A stretch of 64,000 nucleotides of DNA from Lingula anatina (Eukaryota > Animalia > Brachiopoda): the NCBI GenBank assembly GCA_051362555.1, contig CM120640.1, forward strand, positions 71,216,788 through 71,280,787, written 5' to 3'. The notes under the pieces are model-generated. The model was given only the letters and a program-made list of their open reading frames with translations. It was not told where the DNA came from and did no database searches. Shown here one piece after another: positions 1-11,887 of the stretch (the stretch's first letter is position 1; each line of letters starts with the position of its first letter). The position numbers and the translations under genes are program-made.

Positions 1-338
1 ACCCCACATAATGTTAATTTAATTTTCAAATACAGTACAATATCCCTGGTGGTCAGATACTGGTCATTTAAATGAAAAGACATGTCTCTCACCTGCATGT
101 TGCTGGCTCGCTGCTGCAGTCAAGTCACTTTATAGACATATTGTAGTACGCGCAGTATGCAGACTTAAATGTTTAAATGCTATTTCAAAAACATTTAATC
201 CTCACATTAAATGAATTTCATGAACACATGTCGCTTTCCAAGCTTTTCACCCAGTAGTACACCTATCCTCTTCACTAGGTCATCTCTGGCTGATAAATAT
301 TGTATTCAAGACGTCTTTTACCAACTTTTTAGCTGCTA

Positions 339-540
339 CAGAGGCGGATCCAGGATTATTTGAAAGGGGGGGGGGGGGGGGGGGGGGGGGGGTCCGCGGG
401 TGCGAATACGACCTCTCCCCCTCCCCCTTGGCGTGGGGTTCGGGGCCCGCTAAATGGCCCCCGAGAATTTTTGATATTTTAGAGGGCACATGGTGCCGTT
501 TGGTACGGTTTAGAACTACGATTCAGCTAAATTCTAATTT
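339..540. mobile_element. Fragment of a non-autonomous DNA-transposon-like repeat (CAGAGGCGGATCCAGG...poly-G)
   Basis: Begins CAGAGGCGGATCCAGGATT, followed by a G-run and a GC-rich GGGGTTCGGGGCCC...CCCCCGAGAATTTTT block. This layout is typical of hAT-like non-autonomous repeats in invertebrates. The second terminus was not found. Confidence 0.4.
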
Positions 541-2600
541 CGAGAAGGTACTATTGGTGTGATTTTTCGGAAAATTGAAGAGGAGGGTCAGGATAACTGC
601 ATAACTCTAATGAATAACTGCATAACTCTAATGAATTTTTTTCCATCAAAAATGATGGGTACAATCTAATTCAAACAATAACTTAAGATCTAGTATATCT
701 ACATAAGATCTCCAAATTAAAAAAAAAAAAAAAACTAGACAGCAAAGCTTACAATTATACAGACACCATATTGGAAACAAGGCAGCAAAGCTGTCCAATG
801 TTCAGACATTACACAGCAAAAAGTGTACTAAAATCTTTGGTCAGTTTTGATGCACTGTTACACAATGCTTTAAAATAATAATTACCGTACATTTAAATTG
901 ATCATGCTGATTTTCGTAAGCAACCTGCCTCTTTACCAAACAAAGCCACTCAGTAAATTTAAAGTAAAACAAAAATACTGACAACGCAACTCAGACAGTC
1001 AGACCAATCAGAATATATACAACCATTTACAGGGTCTGTATATAAAAAGAATGAAACAAAACAATAATTTTATTAAATATAATTGCCTGATAACTCAAGT
1101 TTATTACATAGTTTTGCAATAAAGGCAACAATACAATGTTTTTTCTTAGAGCTATATGTCTAAAAAGAATTTCTAATGTGTAATTCTGTATCACTGTAAT
1201 TTTGGACGGAAACTTTGGCTTACATTAAAGTGTATATATAAAAAACAAATATATGTGTTATGAAAAAATAATATAAACAAGTTACAAGAAAACACAATCC
1301 TCTCTAGCTAGTTTTAGTAATTTTGCATAATGTATAATAAAATGCTCAAATAACAACACCATATACCAGTGTACAAGAGCAACAACTTGCATTACAGATA
1401 AAATATCTTTGGGTTCCATGAGAAAACAACCCTGTATTAAATAATAAATATACACATAATACCATGTGTGAGCAGTGTGTCTTAAGTTTACATCAGATAT
1501 ACTTCACAATTACATATGAACAGTGCCATTTTACATCAGCAGTTTATTATTATTATCTCCAATGAAGTGGCACAGCTTTATATTATCTAATATGCTTTTT
1601 ACAAAAACTATAAAACAGTCTTTATGAGGATACAAATATAATTACATAGATGGGCATGAGTAAGACATGCTTAATGTGCACACATGACACAACAACTTGA
1701 TCTACTGTTGACCCAGAAGTCATAGGGTAGAGCACCACTTATTGCTGGAACATGTATTTTATTTTGATTATGTGAAAAGTGGATGGATGTCGGCTTCTTT
1801 TACATGATAATATACACATTGCCTCCTTTAAGTAGAAATGTGACATTTGACGAAAGAGGAAGATCAGAATTCTCAATAGTTATGTACATTTTGTTCATTT
1901 TTCCATACATTTTCCATGCCTTCATTTTAAATATAGGGCTAATAAAGGCAAACTGTTGGCAAGATTTGCTCATACTGCACAACCAACAAGTACACATGTA
2001 AATAACACTAAAATATAAAGTAAGATATTGCTGTGATAATATAAACTCAAATGTTTTAAAACACTAACCCTAAGATTTGGGACCCAATATTTTTGCACAC
2101 ACAGGGTATCAAAATTAGAAATCTACAGCTGGTAAGACTCAATCAAAGGCACAAAACATTTCAGGAATTTTTGTAATGTCCCATAACCAAGAACATGGTA
2201 TTTGGCACCATTAAATATCTATTGGTAATATGAATACCCTATAAATGTCCATGTAACCCATCAGTTACACTTCATGGTGACTACACTTTCACATCAGATG
2301 CCTGCTACAGACTGGAACATAATGGAGCATAATGACAGCATTCACACTCAGCAAAAATATAAATGCTCCATGTGAATTATTTATGAGTAACATGGTTTGG
2401 TCTACAGCTAATGAGCTGATAATGTCTTATAATTTTAATTTTATCTGTAGCACAATGAACAACAAAACGTACATATCAATGTCCAAATGGAATTCTAATC
2501 GCAAAAATGACAGATGTTGCAGTAATAATAATGTATTATAAACAGAGGCCAGAGGTTATCCCGGAAGCTTCAGCCAATTTTTTCTTTTATATCCCATGGG

Positions 2601-5600
2601 TTAAGACTTTGGGGCAGGAGACGACCTAGACGGGCTGCCTTTCCCTGCTGCTGTTGCTGCCTTCTTCTTCTTGGTTTTTGAGAGACTCACGGACTTGATG
2701 GGCAGTTTTGATGAGGCCTGGGGACCAAGGCTTGGCAAAGAACCAGATCTGAAAATACAAATAGACAGATGGAGCTAGTAGGCCTGAAGGGAACCATGCT
2801 GTTGGCAGATCAGCAACCCTCTCTTGTATGCAGTGCTGGAAAATGGCCTAAATGGCAGCAAAAGAGAGGGGGTGAAAACAGAAGAAAATTCGTCTCAAAT
2901 GTAAAATAGTTTCAACAGGTATTGGAAGCAAATGTTTTTTGGCACTTTGTACTGAGAGATTTGATTATGTATCAATCTTAGACTGCATTCCCACTAATTA
3001 GATCAATCAATCTGGATTGACCTAACTCCCTGGGGGTTCACGCTTAATTGCTGTTAGCCGAGCGCACACGGAAGTTAATTACCCCCTTACAGCTTTTAGA
3101 AGGCGAGACAGACATTTAAGCCGGTTAACCTGACAGTAATCTCGTGAGACTAACTATGGGCATAGATCGATCTAAAATCTGTGGGAATGGGGTCTTACAT
3201 CTTCCACTGTCTGCACTGTTATCACTAGGTGTTGTTCACATTGTTGTTGTATCATTAAATAGGGACAAGATACTTTCTCTAAAACTGGTATAATGATCTC
3301 ACAGAACCCCAGGTGTGAGATGAGGGACGGTCACCATCAGTGACACCTGGTGATGTCGGTGTAAACTAAAGAAGATGTCACATCAGCATCACAACTTGGC
3401 TGTGTTGTTATGAAAAAATGTTTATGACAAACAAACATGAATTTGTTACCAAACTCATCTCAGTAACTCCCAAATGAAGGAAATATCCATCAGTTGAAAC
3501 CGACTTATTCTTAGACTCCTTTCAGTATTTTTTCAGTATTTTTTAATCAATAGCCTGGTTGAAAGTAATATTACCTGGGAAAGCTGCCATTTGCAGCTTT
3601 GTGGGAAGAGAGTGGGTCTCTTCTTGGTGACACAGGCTTTGGAATCTTGCTGCCCTCTGGTGTTAGAGGTCTTCCAAACCAGGTCTGCCCTCCTGAAACC
3701 CTCAAGATTTCTTGACTATCTTGAGTCGACTTTTTTGCCTGGTTTACAGTTTCAGGACTTCCTCCATATAGGGAGGTAAGGAGGTTTTTCTTCTTAAGCG
3801 GACTTTCAGAGACACTGGTTGGTTCCTCTTTGGATGAGTTTTCAGAAGTGGAGTTTTGCATAGTGGAAGGTAGTGAGGTTACATTCAATCTGTCAGTTTG
3901 CAATTCATGTAAAGCTCCGTCTCCCAGAGAGTCTGGGTTGATACTGTGTGCTTCTGCCTGGGAGACATCAACTGCTTCCAGATTTGAAGAAGACGCAATA
4001 CCTTGGTTTTCGAAAGTGTCTTGGTCTTCAGGGCTTGTCTGTCCTGACCCCATGTTTTCAGGGTGTTTCTGTCCCGACCCCGTGTTTTCAGGGTGTGTCT
4101 GCCCTGACCCCGTGTTTTCAGGGTGTATCTGTACTGACCCAGTGTTTTCAGGGTGTATCTGTACTGACCCCGAGTTTTCAGGGTGTGTCTGTCCTGACCC
4201 TGTGTTTTCAGGGTGTGTCTGTCCATACCCCGTGTTTTCAGGGTGTGTCTGTCCCAACCTTGTATTTTCAGGATGTGTCTGTCCTGACCTTGTATTTTCA
4301 TTGTGTCTCTCTCCTGACCCTGTGTTTTCAGGGTGTCTCTCTCCTGGTCCTGAGAATTCAGGATGTGTCTTTCTGGGTCCATCATGCACTTCTGCGCACA
4401 CATACTGCTCTAATTCTGAAACATCATCAAAAAAATCAACAGTAGAATAACACTGTATGTTTTCTCATAAAAATAATAGCTTTTATCAAAATTTAGGAGA
4501 CGACAGCAATTTTCTGTGAGGTTTATATACATGTGTTTTCATGAAAATATTCATTGCATTATAAACAAACTGGTTCACTCACCTCTGATTAATTTTTCAT
4601 TCTCAATCTTGGCATTATAAAGATCAGATTCCAAATCTTCAATATTTGTCTTATATATTTCTATCTGGTCTATCTGGAGATCATTCAACTGACACTTTTC
4701 ATCTAGACTGGAGCGAAGCTGAGACACTTGTTCTTCTAAAACTACACTATTTTGATGGCTTAATTCACTGAGCTGTTCTTTGAGTTTAGCCACATCTCCA
4801 GTGGCTGAGTCTTTCTCTTTTTTGATCCTATTAAGCTGTGTTTCTAAGTTGTTGGCCTGTTCTAAAACTGACTTCTTTTCTTCTCTAACTACACAGAGCT
4901 GTTTATGTAAGTCTGAAATACAATTCCAAGACAATGTACATACACTTAACATATAAAACAAAGGTATATACTAACAACTATGGGTTAAGAATGAGAATAT
5001 TAAAGTCAGAGAGGGGTGAAAACTATTTTTGATGGCAGATTAATTTTATATTTACTATACCCAAAAAACTTAACTGCTACTACTACTTCTATTAATACTA
5101 ATACTTTGACTAATAGTACATGTATTTATGAATTGTGCTGTTTCCAAAGTTATTTATTTTGCTATGTGGTTGTTAGAATTATTTACCTTGAACTTTGCAA
5201 TTGGAATCAGTGAGCTGCTGTAACAAGTCTCCTTTTTCTTTCTGTAAACTTCGGATGAAATAAAAAAAAATGTTAACACAGCAGCTAAAGGCTACAACTT
5301 AACTTTTGAATTATTTATCTGTCATTATTTATTTGCCATTAGCAAATCCTAAAAAATAGTATAATTTAAAAACAAACCAATTACAAAGAGCGTTTTTGCC
5401 ATAGAAATCAAATTTCAATGTTATAAAATAATAAGCAAAAAGAGATGAATTCTAGTACTGTACATTGTAATGATATATTCAAACCAAGCAGTGTATGGCA
5501 CCAAACAGTATAATGATGATACACTGCAGTCTTGGTGACTAAACAGGTATTCTGATACTTTTATTGCTCTAAGGAAACATTATGCATGCCATATAATGCT

Positions 5601-8203
5601 GAAAACCATAACTATATACAAGAATTATAAAAACAACTGCACGCATATTATTTCAAACAATACATAATCAAGAAAACATGTTTTACATATAGTATATAAT
5701 GTGGTTATACACACACACACAACCAAGTCTTACACTCACGTTTTATATATAGTATATAATGTGGTTATACATTCACACACAACCAAGTCTTACACTCACA
5801 TATTTTATATATAGTATATGATGTGGTTATACATATACATCCATACACAACCAACTCTAGTACACTGCCCAGTTTATATAACAGAAAGCAGCTTAGGTAC
5901 CACTCACTTAATACATGGTAGGTCCCAACCTGTTTATGTTTTTTTTTTACTAAATTTTACAACTTGATTTCAATTTTTTATAAAATTTGCAACACATGAT
6001 TCCAATTTCCTACAGAGTATTTACCAAGATAGCTTAACAAATTACAATAGAGTATCATTTTTCAGAGCATGCTTTATTTGTACAGAGAAGGGTAATGATT
6101 ATATCGGTCTTACTCTTGCCATCTTCACAATATAAAGATAACATGGGTGCTGACAGTCTTCATGCACAGCAAGGTGTGGGGTACAGAACAGACATTATTA
6201 CATACAGTTTCTGAAGTATCTAGCTATTATAATATAAACTAGCCCAGACCATGTCCCAGTATAGATCAGTAGATGAGGTTAGTGCTACAACAGCGTGCTA
6301 CAGGTGCTTTGCCAATATTCCAATATCATGCATGTCAACAGAGGTGCAGGTTATATTATATTATGTCAACTGACAAACAAAAGCTTTCTTTTTGACTTAC
6401 TAATGAAACAGTGAACAATATACATGGAATGTGACTTAGCTGGAATTGAGAAAGTTCAGAGTTACAGGAAGGTGTGTAGAGAGATATATCTCACCTGGGA
6501 GGTCTGCAGGTTTTACCACACCTGAACTAACCTCTCCATAAACTAGGATATAATATCCTTTTATTCAGTAGTTTTTTCGAAAGAGAGGGAAAATAATAGA
6601 ACAAAAATAACATTTTCTTGGTTGTAAACAATAATACTAATAATAATAATAATAAAAGTAAATAAATAATATTTAGCATAAAGTAATGAAAGTATTTTAT
6701 ATAATTCTAAATGAAATATAAAAAATCTAAACAAATCACACAATTTAAGATAAGTATTTACAGGAACCAGAACAAGTTGAAAAAGGACAACAGTTTAAAT
6801 AAAGGAAAAAGGTGATGAAAATAAAGATAATCTAGGTTCTAAAACACATTTTTTCTAAAACAAACTAATGAAAACATACAAAGAATGATATTTACCATAA
6901 AACTTTATCCTCCATGGCTTTGGCGGAGGCCCCAGTGGGAGAAACAGTCTTCATAGAGGCAATCTCTTTCTTTAGTCCTTCAATTATCTTCTCTCTAAAT
7001 AGGTAAAATTAATACTTAATTTATTCTAAAGAGATACAATTCTACCCTGTAGGCAGCTATATCTCAAAGGCAGCACATTTTCAATTTTTACTTATTAATT
7101 TTCTTATATTATACAAGCAGATCTACGCAATTATCTTAACTGCTGCCATGGCAACCAGCTGTATCCCCCAGATCTGGATACTGACCTGTTAGCAGTGTTC
7201 TGTTTAGCGTCCTTCAGTTGTTTACCAATATCTTCTATCTTAGCAGGGCTGGCATCACTCTCTCCTGACAGAGACTTCTCTTTCCTGACAACACAGGGAT
7301 TGCCTCAGATTAACTTGCTTAGTTCTTATCTTGTTGTTAAATAGTTTGTTAGATATTTGTTAATATGTTTTTCAATTGTGGGAAATTTTAAAATACCCAT
7401 CTTCACTGCTGTTTCATCTGTAAACATTTTTCTTTTTCTGTTTAAGAGCATTTAAAGTCCACTTGCAGATTATTTTCATTACACTATACAACACTGAATT
7501 ATCTTTCCATATCTGTCTAACCTGAGAGCTGCATTCTGGTTCCTGGCTGTCTTCAGCTGTTTCTCCAGATGTTCTATCTCCTGGTCCTTCATCTGAATCA
7601 CCTCTAATAGTTTCTGTAGCTCTGATCTCATGTGGATCAACTCGGCACCAACATCGTCTAGTGAACGCTGAAGTTTTATAACCACAATAACACTGAGTAC
7701 AGCACATATTAGTAACCAACTTTTAGGAATCTGGACTTAGAATAACTACAAAAATAGCATCATTAACAACTGTATCATACATTATTGCATTCCCTGTTGT
7801 TTAGTAAAGATAGGTAAACTGAATATAGAGAGATCATACAATGAGAAAACAAATCATACCCAAAGTGAGATGGAAAGTGAAAAGTGAAAGTGAAAGTGAA
7901 CAAAAGCTAACAAAAATAACTCCTTTAGTGCCCACACTTCACACACATCAACTATTTTGGTGCCTTGTGTTCTCAATAAAAGGTGGACAAAAATACTATC
8001 AAAATTCCAGTGAGGAGAAACAGCAAGTTAGCAATGTCAATAAAATCAGGTCATTATCTTTGATTCTAGGACATTTAATATTCTCTATCCTCGAGTTACA
8101 TCATCACAGTGAGAAATATTCAAATAACGGATGACAGGATTTGAACTTGATATTCTTTACTTTATATTTGTATATAAATATATTATATATTCTTCAGGTA
8201 GGT

Positions 8204-8237
<34 letters not shown>

Positions 8238-11200
8238 GTCCGGGGAAAATTGTCCTGATACCTTATCTTTTTAAAAGACTAACATGTTTATACAGTAAAT
8301 CACTGAAAAAAATGCGTAATGATTGATATATATCTATGGTTCAAGTTTTCTTTTTTTTAAAAGCAATTTAAGCTGAAAACAAATATTATGTTACTGATTC
8401 CCATCATTTTAATGAAGTCACAGTCTTTGAACTTAAACTAAATACAATTTTCTCAACATGGCTGAGAGGAACACAATTACACCACAATTTAAGACACGAA
8501 AAAAGCAGCCAAGAATTATAAATATTTCACTTACGTAACCACACAACAATTTTTTATACTGCTAAAGGCATGTTTTTTTTTTTTAAATAATAAAACATTT
8601 TGTGATTTATTATGTCTCAAACATCGCAAATATATATGTATGCACATAAAAACTCAAATGATGGGAGACAGAACATATAATTAGTAGAGTTAATTGTATA
8701 TCATATATAACATCAATAAAATTACACAGAAACACTGTTAACTTGAGAACACCAAAAGCATTAGCCATACAATTTTTATGCAACATGGCACTAAAACCAC
8801 AACACTGAGCTTACTCTCAAGTTTGAAGACTTCTTCAACTTTTCTTGTTTTAAATCCTGATAAGAAAATTACAGCCTCAGTAGAACATCAAGCAAAGAAA
8901 AGTTTGTAATAAAAATCATTTAATTCAAAGAAAAAACATAAATGAAATAGAAAATTAATGTTGCACACTTCTAACAATGTGCAAGATGCTATCCTCAGTG
9001 TATTAGGAGAGACACACAGGCAGTGAAAGCAGTGAAATACAGGCTTATTGTGTTAGGTGAGACACACACAATCAACAAAGATGAGACGCACACAGACTAT
9101 CAAACTGAGTGTGTTAGGTGAGATGCACGCAATCAAACTGAGTGTGTTAGGTGAGAAGCTACTACACAACCGGTGCTGCAATCTACATCAAAAACCTACA
9201 TGAAGTTTACGTGATGGGACAGATGCCTTGTGCCTTTCATCTTCCAGTTCCTAAGATGAAGGGTTAAGTTAACAAAAGCATTAAGTTAGTACACATCCAA
9301 AACTTGTTTTTAATATTGGTGAGGTTGATCAGCTTTCTCTTATGGTTTTCATGTACCCTGAAAACCACTGAGTGAAAAATGAAGGATGGTAAATGATATA
9401 TTTTTGTGTCAAGTTTGGGTGATTATAAGACAAACCAGGCTTTGTGTTAGGGCAGGACAAGCAACACCCACTACATGAATTCTACAATATTACAAGTGTT
9501 ATAGTTTTTCACAACACAACCACAAAGGGCACAAGTTTTCTTTTCTTTTTAACCTTTTCACACATACAAATTGACAAAATACAAATGGGTGAAAAATATT
9601 TCCTAATTTGACCAGTCAACTACGTACTACACACCTGTGCGATTTTATTTCTACTTCCACAAAGCAAAATATTCTTGATACAAAATAACTCAATCATGGC
9701 CTTAAAATGCATGTCATAATATGTTCAAAATTATGGCCAGCATCACGTCTATGGCTCTGTTCTATGGATTCTCCATTTCATACCCACATCTTAGAGAATG
9801 AAATAATTGGCAAAATCTTAACATAGTGTACATGTACATTATCAATTAATGAAATTAATCTAACCAGGCTTTAAAAATTAAACATTCTAGTACAAGATGT
9901 GTACCTCTTTCAGTGACTTGATGAGAGCCTCTTGTTTGGTCTGCACATTCTTTGATTGTTGGAGCTCAGTTCTGAGTTTCTCCAACTGCTGCTTCACCAC
10001 CTCCAGTCTTGTCTGGGCATCTGCCGCCTCACTGCAACATATATACTGGCATGACACAGACAGTTTCTCAATGCTATTTTCATATATGAAGCTGGACATC
10101 TGAACTTTTTTGTTATTCTTATACTAAGGCGGTGAACTGACCCCCCTCATCCTAGTGCACTACAGATCAGACTTACATTTTCCCTTTTTACTTGATTTGT
10201 TTACAAAAACTGTAATTACTTTTCTTCAATAACACATATAGTATCTCCCCTATCTGACAGTCTTACACCAGAAACACCCTGACCTTCTCTGCCTGTTTCT
10301 CCAGTCTAGCTGCCTTAACCCTAACCCTAACCCACACCCTAACCCTAGTAGTCTTACTCCTGAGACAGCCTGCCTTCCTCTGCCTGTTTCTCCAGTCTAG
10401 CTGCCTTAACCCTCACCCTAACCCATACCCTAACCCTAGTTGCCTTACTCCTGAGACAGCCTGGCCTCCTCTGCCTGTTTCTCCAGTCTGGCAGCCTGGT
10501 CCTCTGCTCTCTGTTTACAGTTCTCCAGCAGTATCAGCTGACTCTGTAACATGGCCACCTGACCCTCCAGGACACTCTTCTCTTCCTGCCATACTGACAG
10601 CTCTGCAGGAGTCTCTGAAATACATGGTCAAGTTGTTGGATGAACTAATGCCTGCCAGTGGGCATACCATAGATGATACAATTTATTTTCTCTTGAATCT
10701 TTGATAAAAATTGCTAAAATTGGATTTATAGACAAAAGTAGTTTCTGTTAATCAAGTCTATACAAGGTCACCTAAATAATATATAGAAATAATTACTTTT
10801 AATAATAATAATAATAATTTATTGAGCACATGAAATGAGTGTACATTTATAGGCTCTCTACACTACTAATTATAATATACGTAAGTTTAAATACATGTAC
10901 ATAGTAATAATAAAGTTAAAGTATAATACCAGGTGTTATCTATCTCAATTTGGATAGCTTCCGTTTTCTTATAGCACTGTTTATAAACTTTACAAGTGCG
11001 GACACACCTCTCTCATTTGACACATTTTAAAACATGATAGCCACAGCAAAAATATATATAGTAATATATACTTATAGTTTGCCTACTGTAGACAGTATAT
11101 AACCAGGGTTAATGTGAAGGATTGTTTACCTTTCCTAGGTGAGGAGGGTGTTCCAGACCTGGATAGCACCTGATGATGGCGGCTCTCTAACTCCTCATAT

Positions 11201-11830
11201 TGCTGCTGAAGACGACTGAGGTCAGAGGTCAAGGTTCTAGTTTCTCTCTGAAGTCTGCAATTACATGAATTACTGGCTGCTTTATCTCTACATAAACCAT
11301 GAACTGTACATACAAAAGACAAAAGAGATAATAATACGTGAAGATTTGTTTTAAATTGAGTGAAAAGAGACTATTTTCAGGTCCAATACAAATTCATTAT
11401 GTTCATCTGTAATATAAAAGTATGTACATACTAGTACATGTTAAAAGTTATAGTTGAAAGTCTGAAAGAGAGACAGAAGCATAGCATAAAAGAGGAGCTC
11501 TTGATGTGAATCAATAAACACATAGAAAACATAAATAATGTGATGTGTGTGTGTGTGTGTGTATGTGTGTGTGTTAACCTTTCTTTCTCCAACTGGATCA
11601 TGTTTTCTTTCTCTGCCATCATTTTCTTCAAGGAGGTATTTTCTTTCTCCAGTTTAGTAAGCTGCTCTGTCACCAGATTGTTGACATCTCTGAGCTGCTG
11701 GTTCTGTTTCTCCAGTTCATCTTTCCTGTTTCTTAACTGAGACTGCTCCTGAAATACAATAACTAGCCTCATGACTGAGTTTGTCTGCTGTGGTTCATAG
11801 ACACTCAGATATTTTGTAGGTGTATAAATA

Positions 11831-11887
<57 letters not shown>

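Noticed and set aside
366-392. Long poly-G runs (also 8204-8234) as functional G4 elements or Gly/Pro-rich ORFs
   Set aside because: They sit in repeat fragments, and homopolymer length is unreliable in assemblies.
3830-4450. Cys-rich plus-strand ORFs (CVCPDPVFSG)n resembling a metallothionein or keratin-associated protein
   Set aside because: They are antisense and alternate-frame shadows of the 30-bp coding repeat. The minus frame splices in phase with both neighbouring exons.
6495-6542. Extra 48-nt exon of the coiled-coil gene (TAG|...CCCAG|GTGAGA)
   Set aside because: The splice sites are good, but the phase-2 join required by the flanking exons hits a TAG stop. The flanking exons already join in frame without it. 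Left unresolved; it could be a poison exon.
10315-10440. Chromosome end or true telomere
   Set aside because: Only a few degenerate CCCTAA units inside a duplicated intronic unit, with continuous gene structure on both sides.
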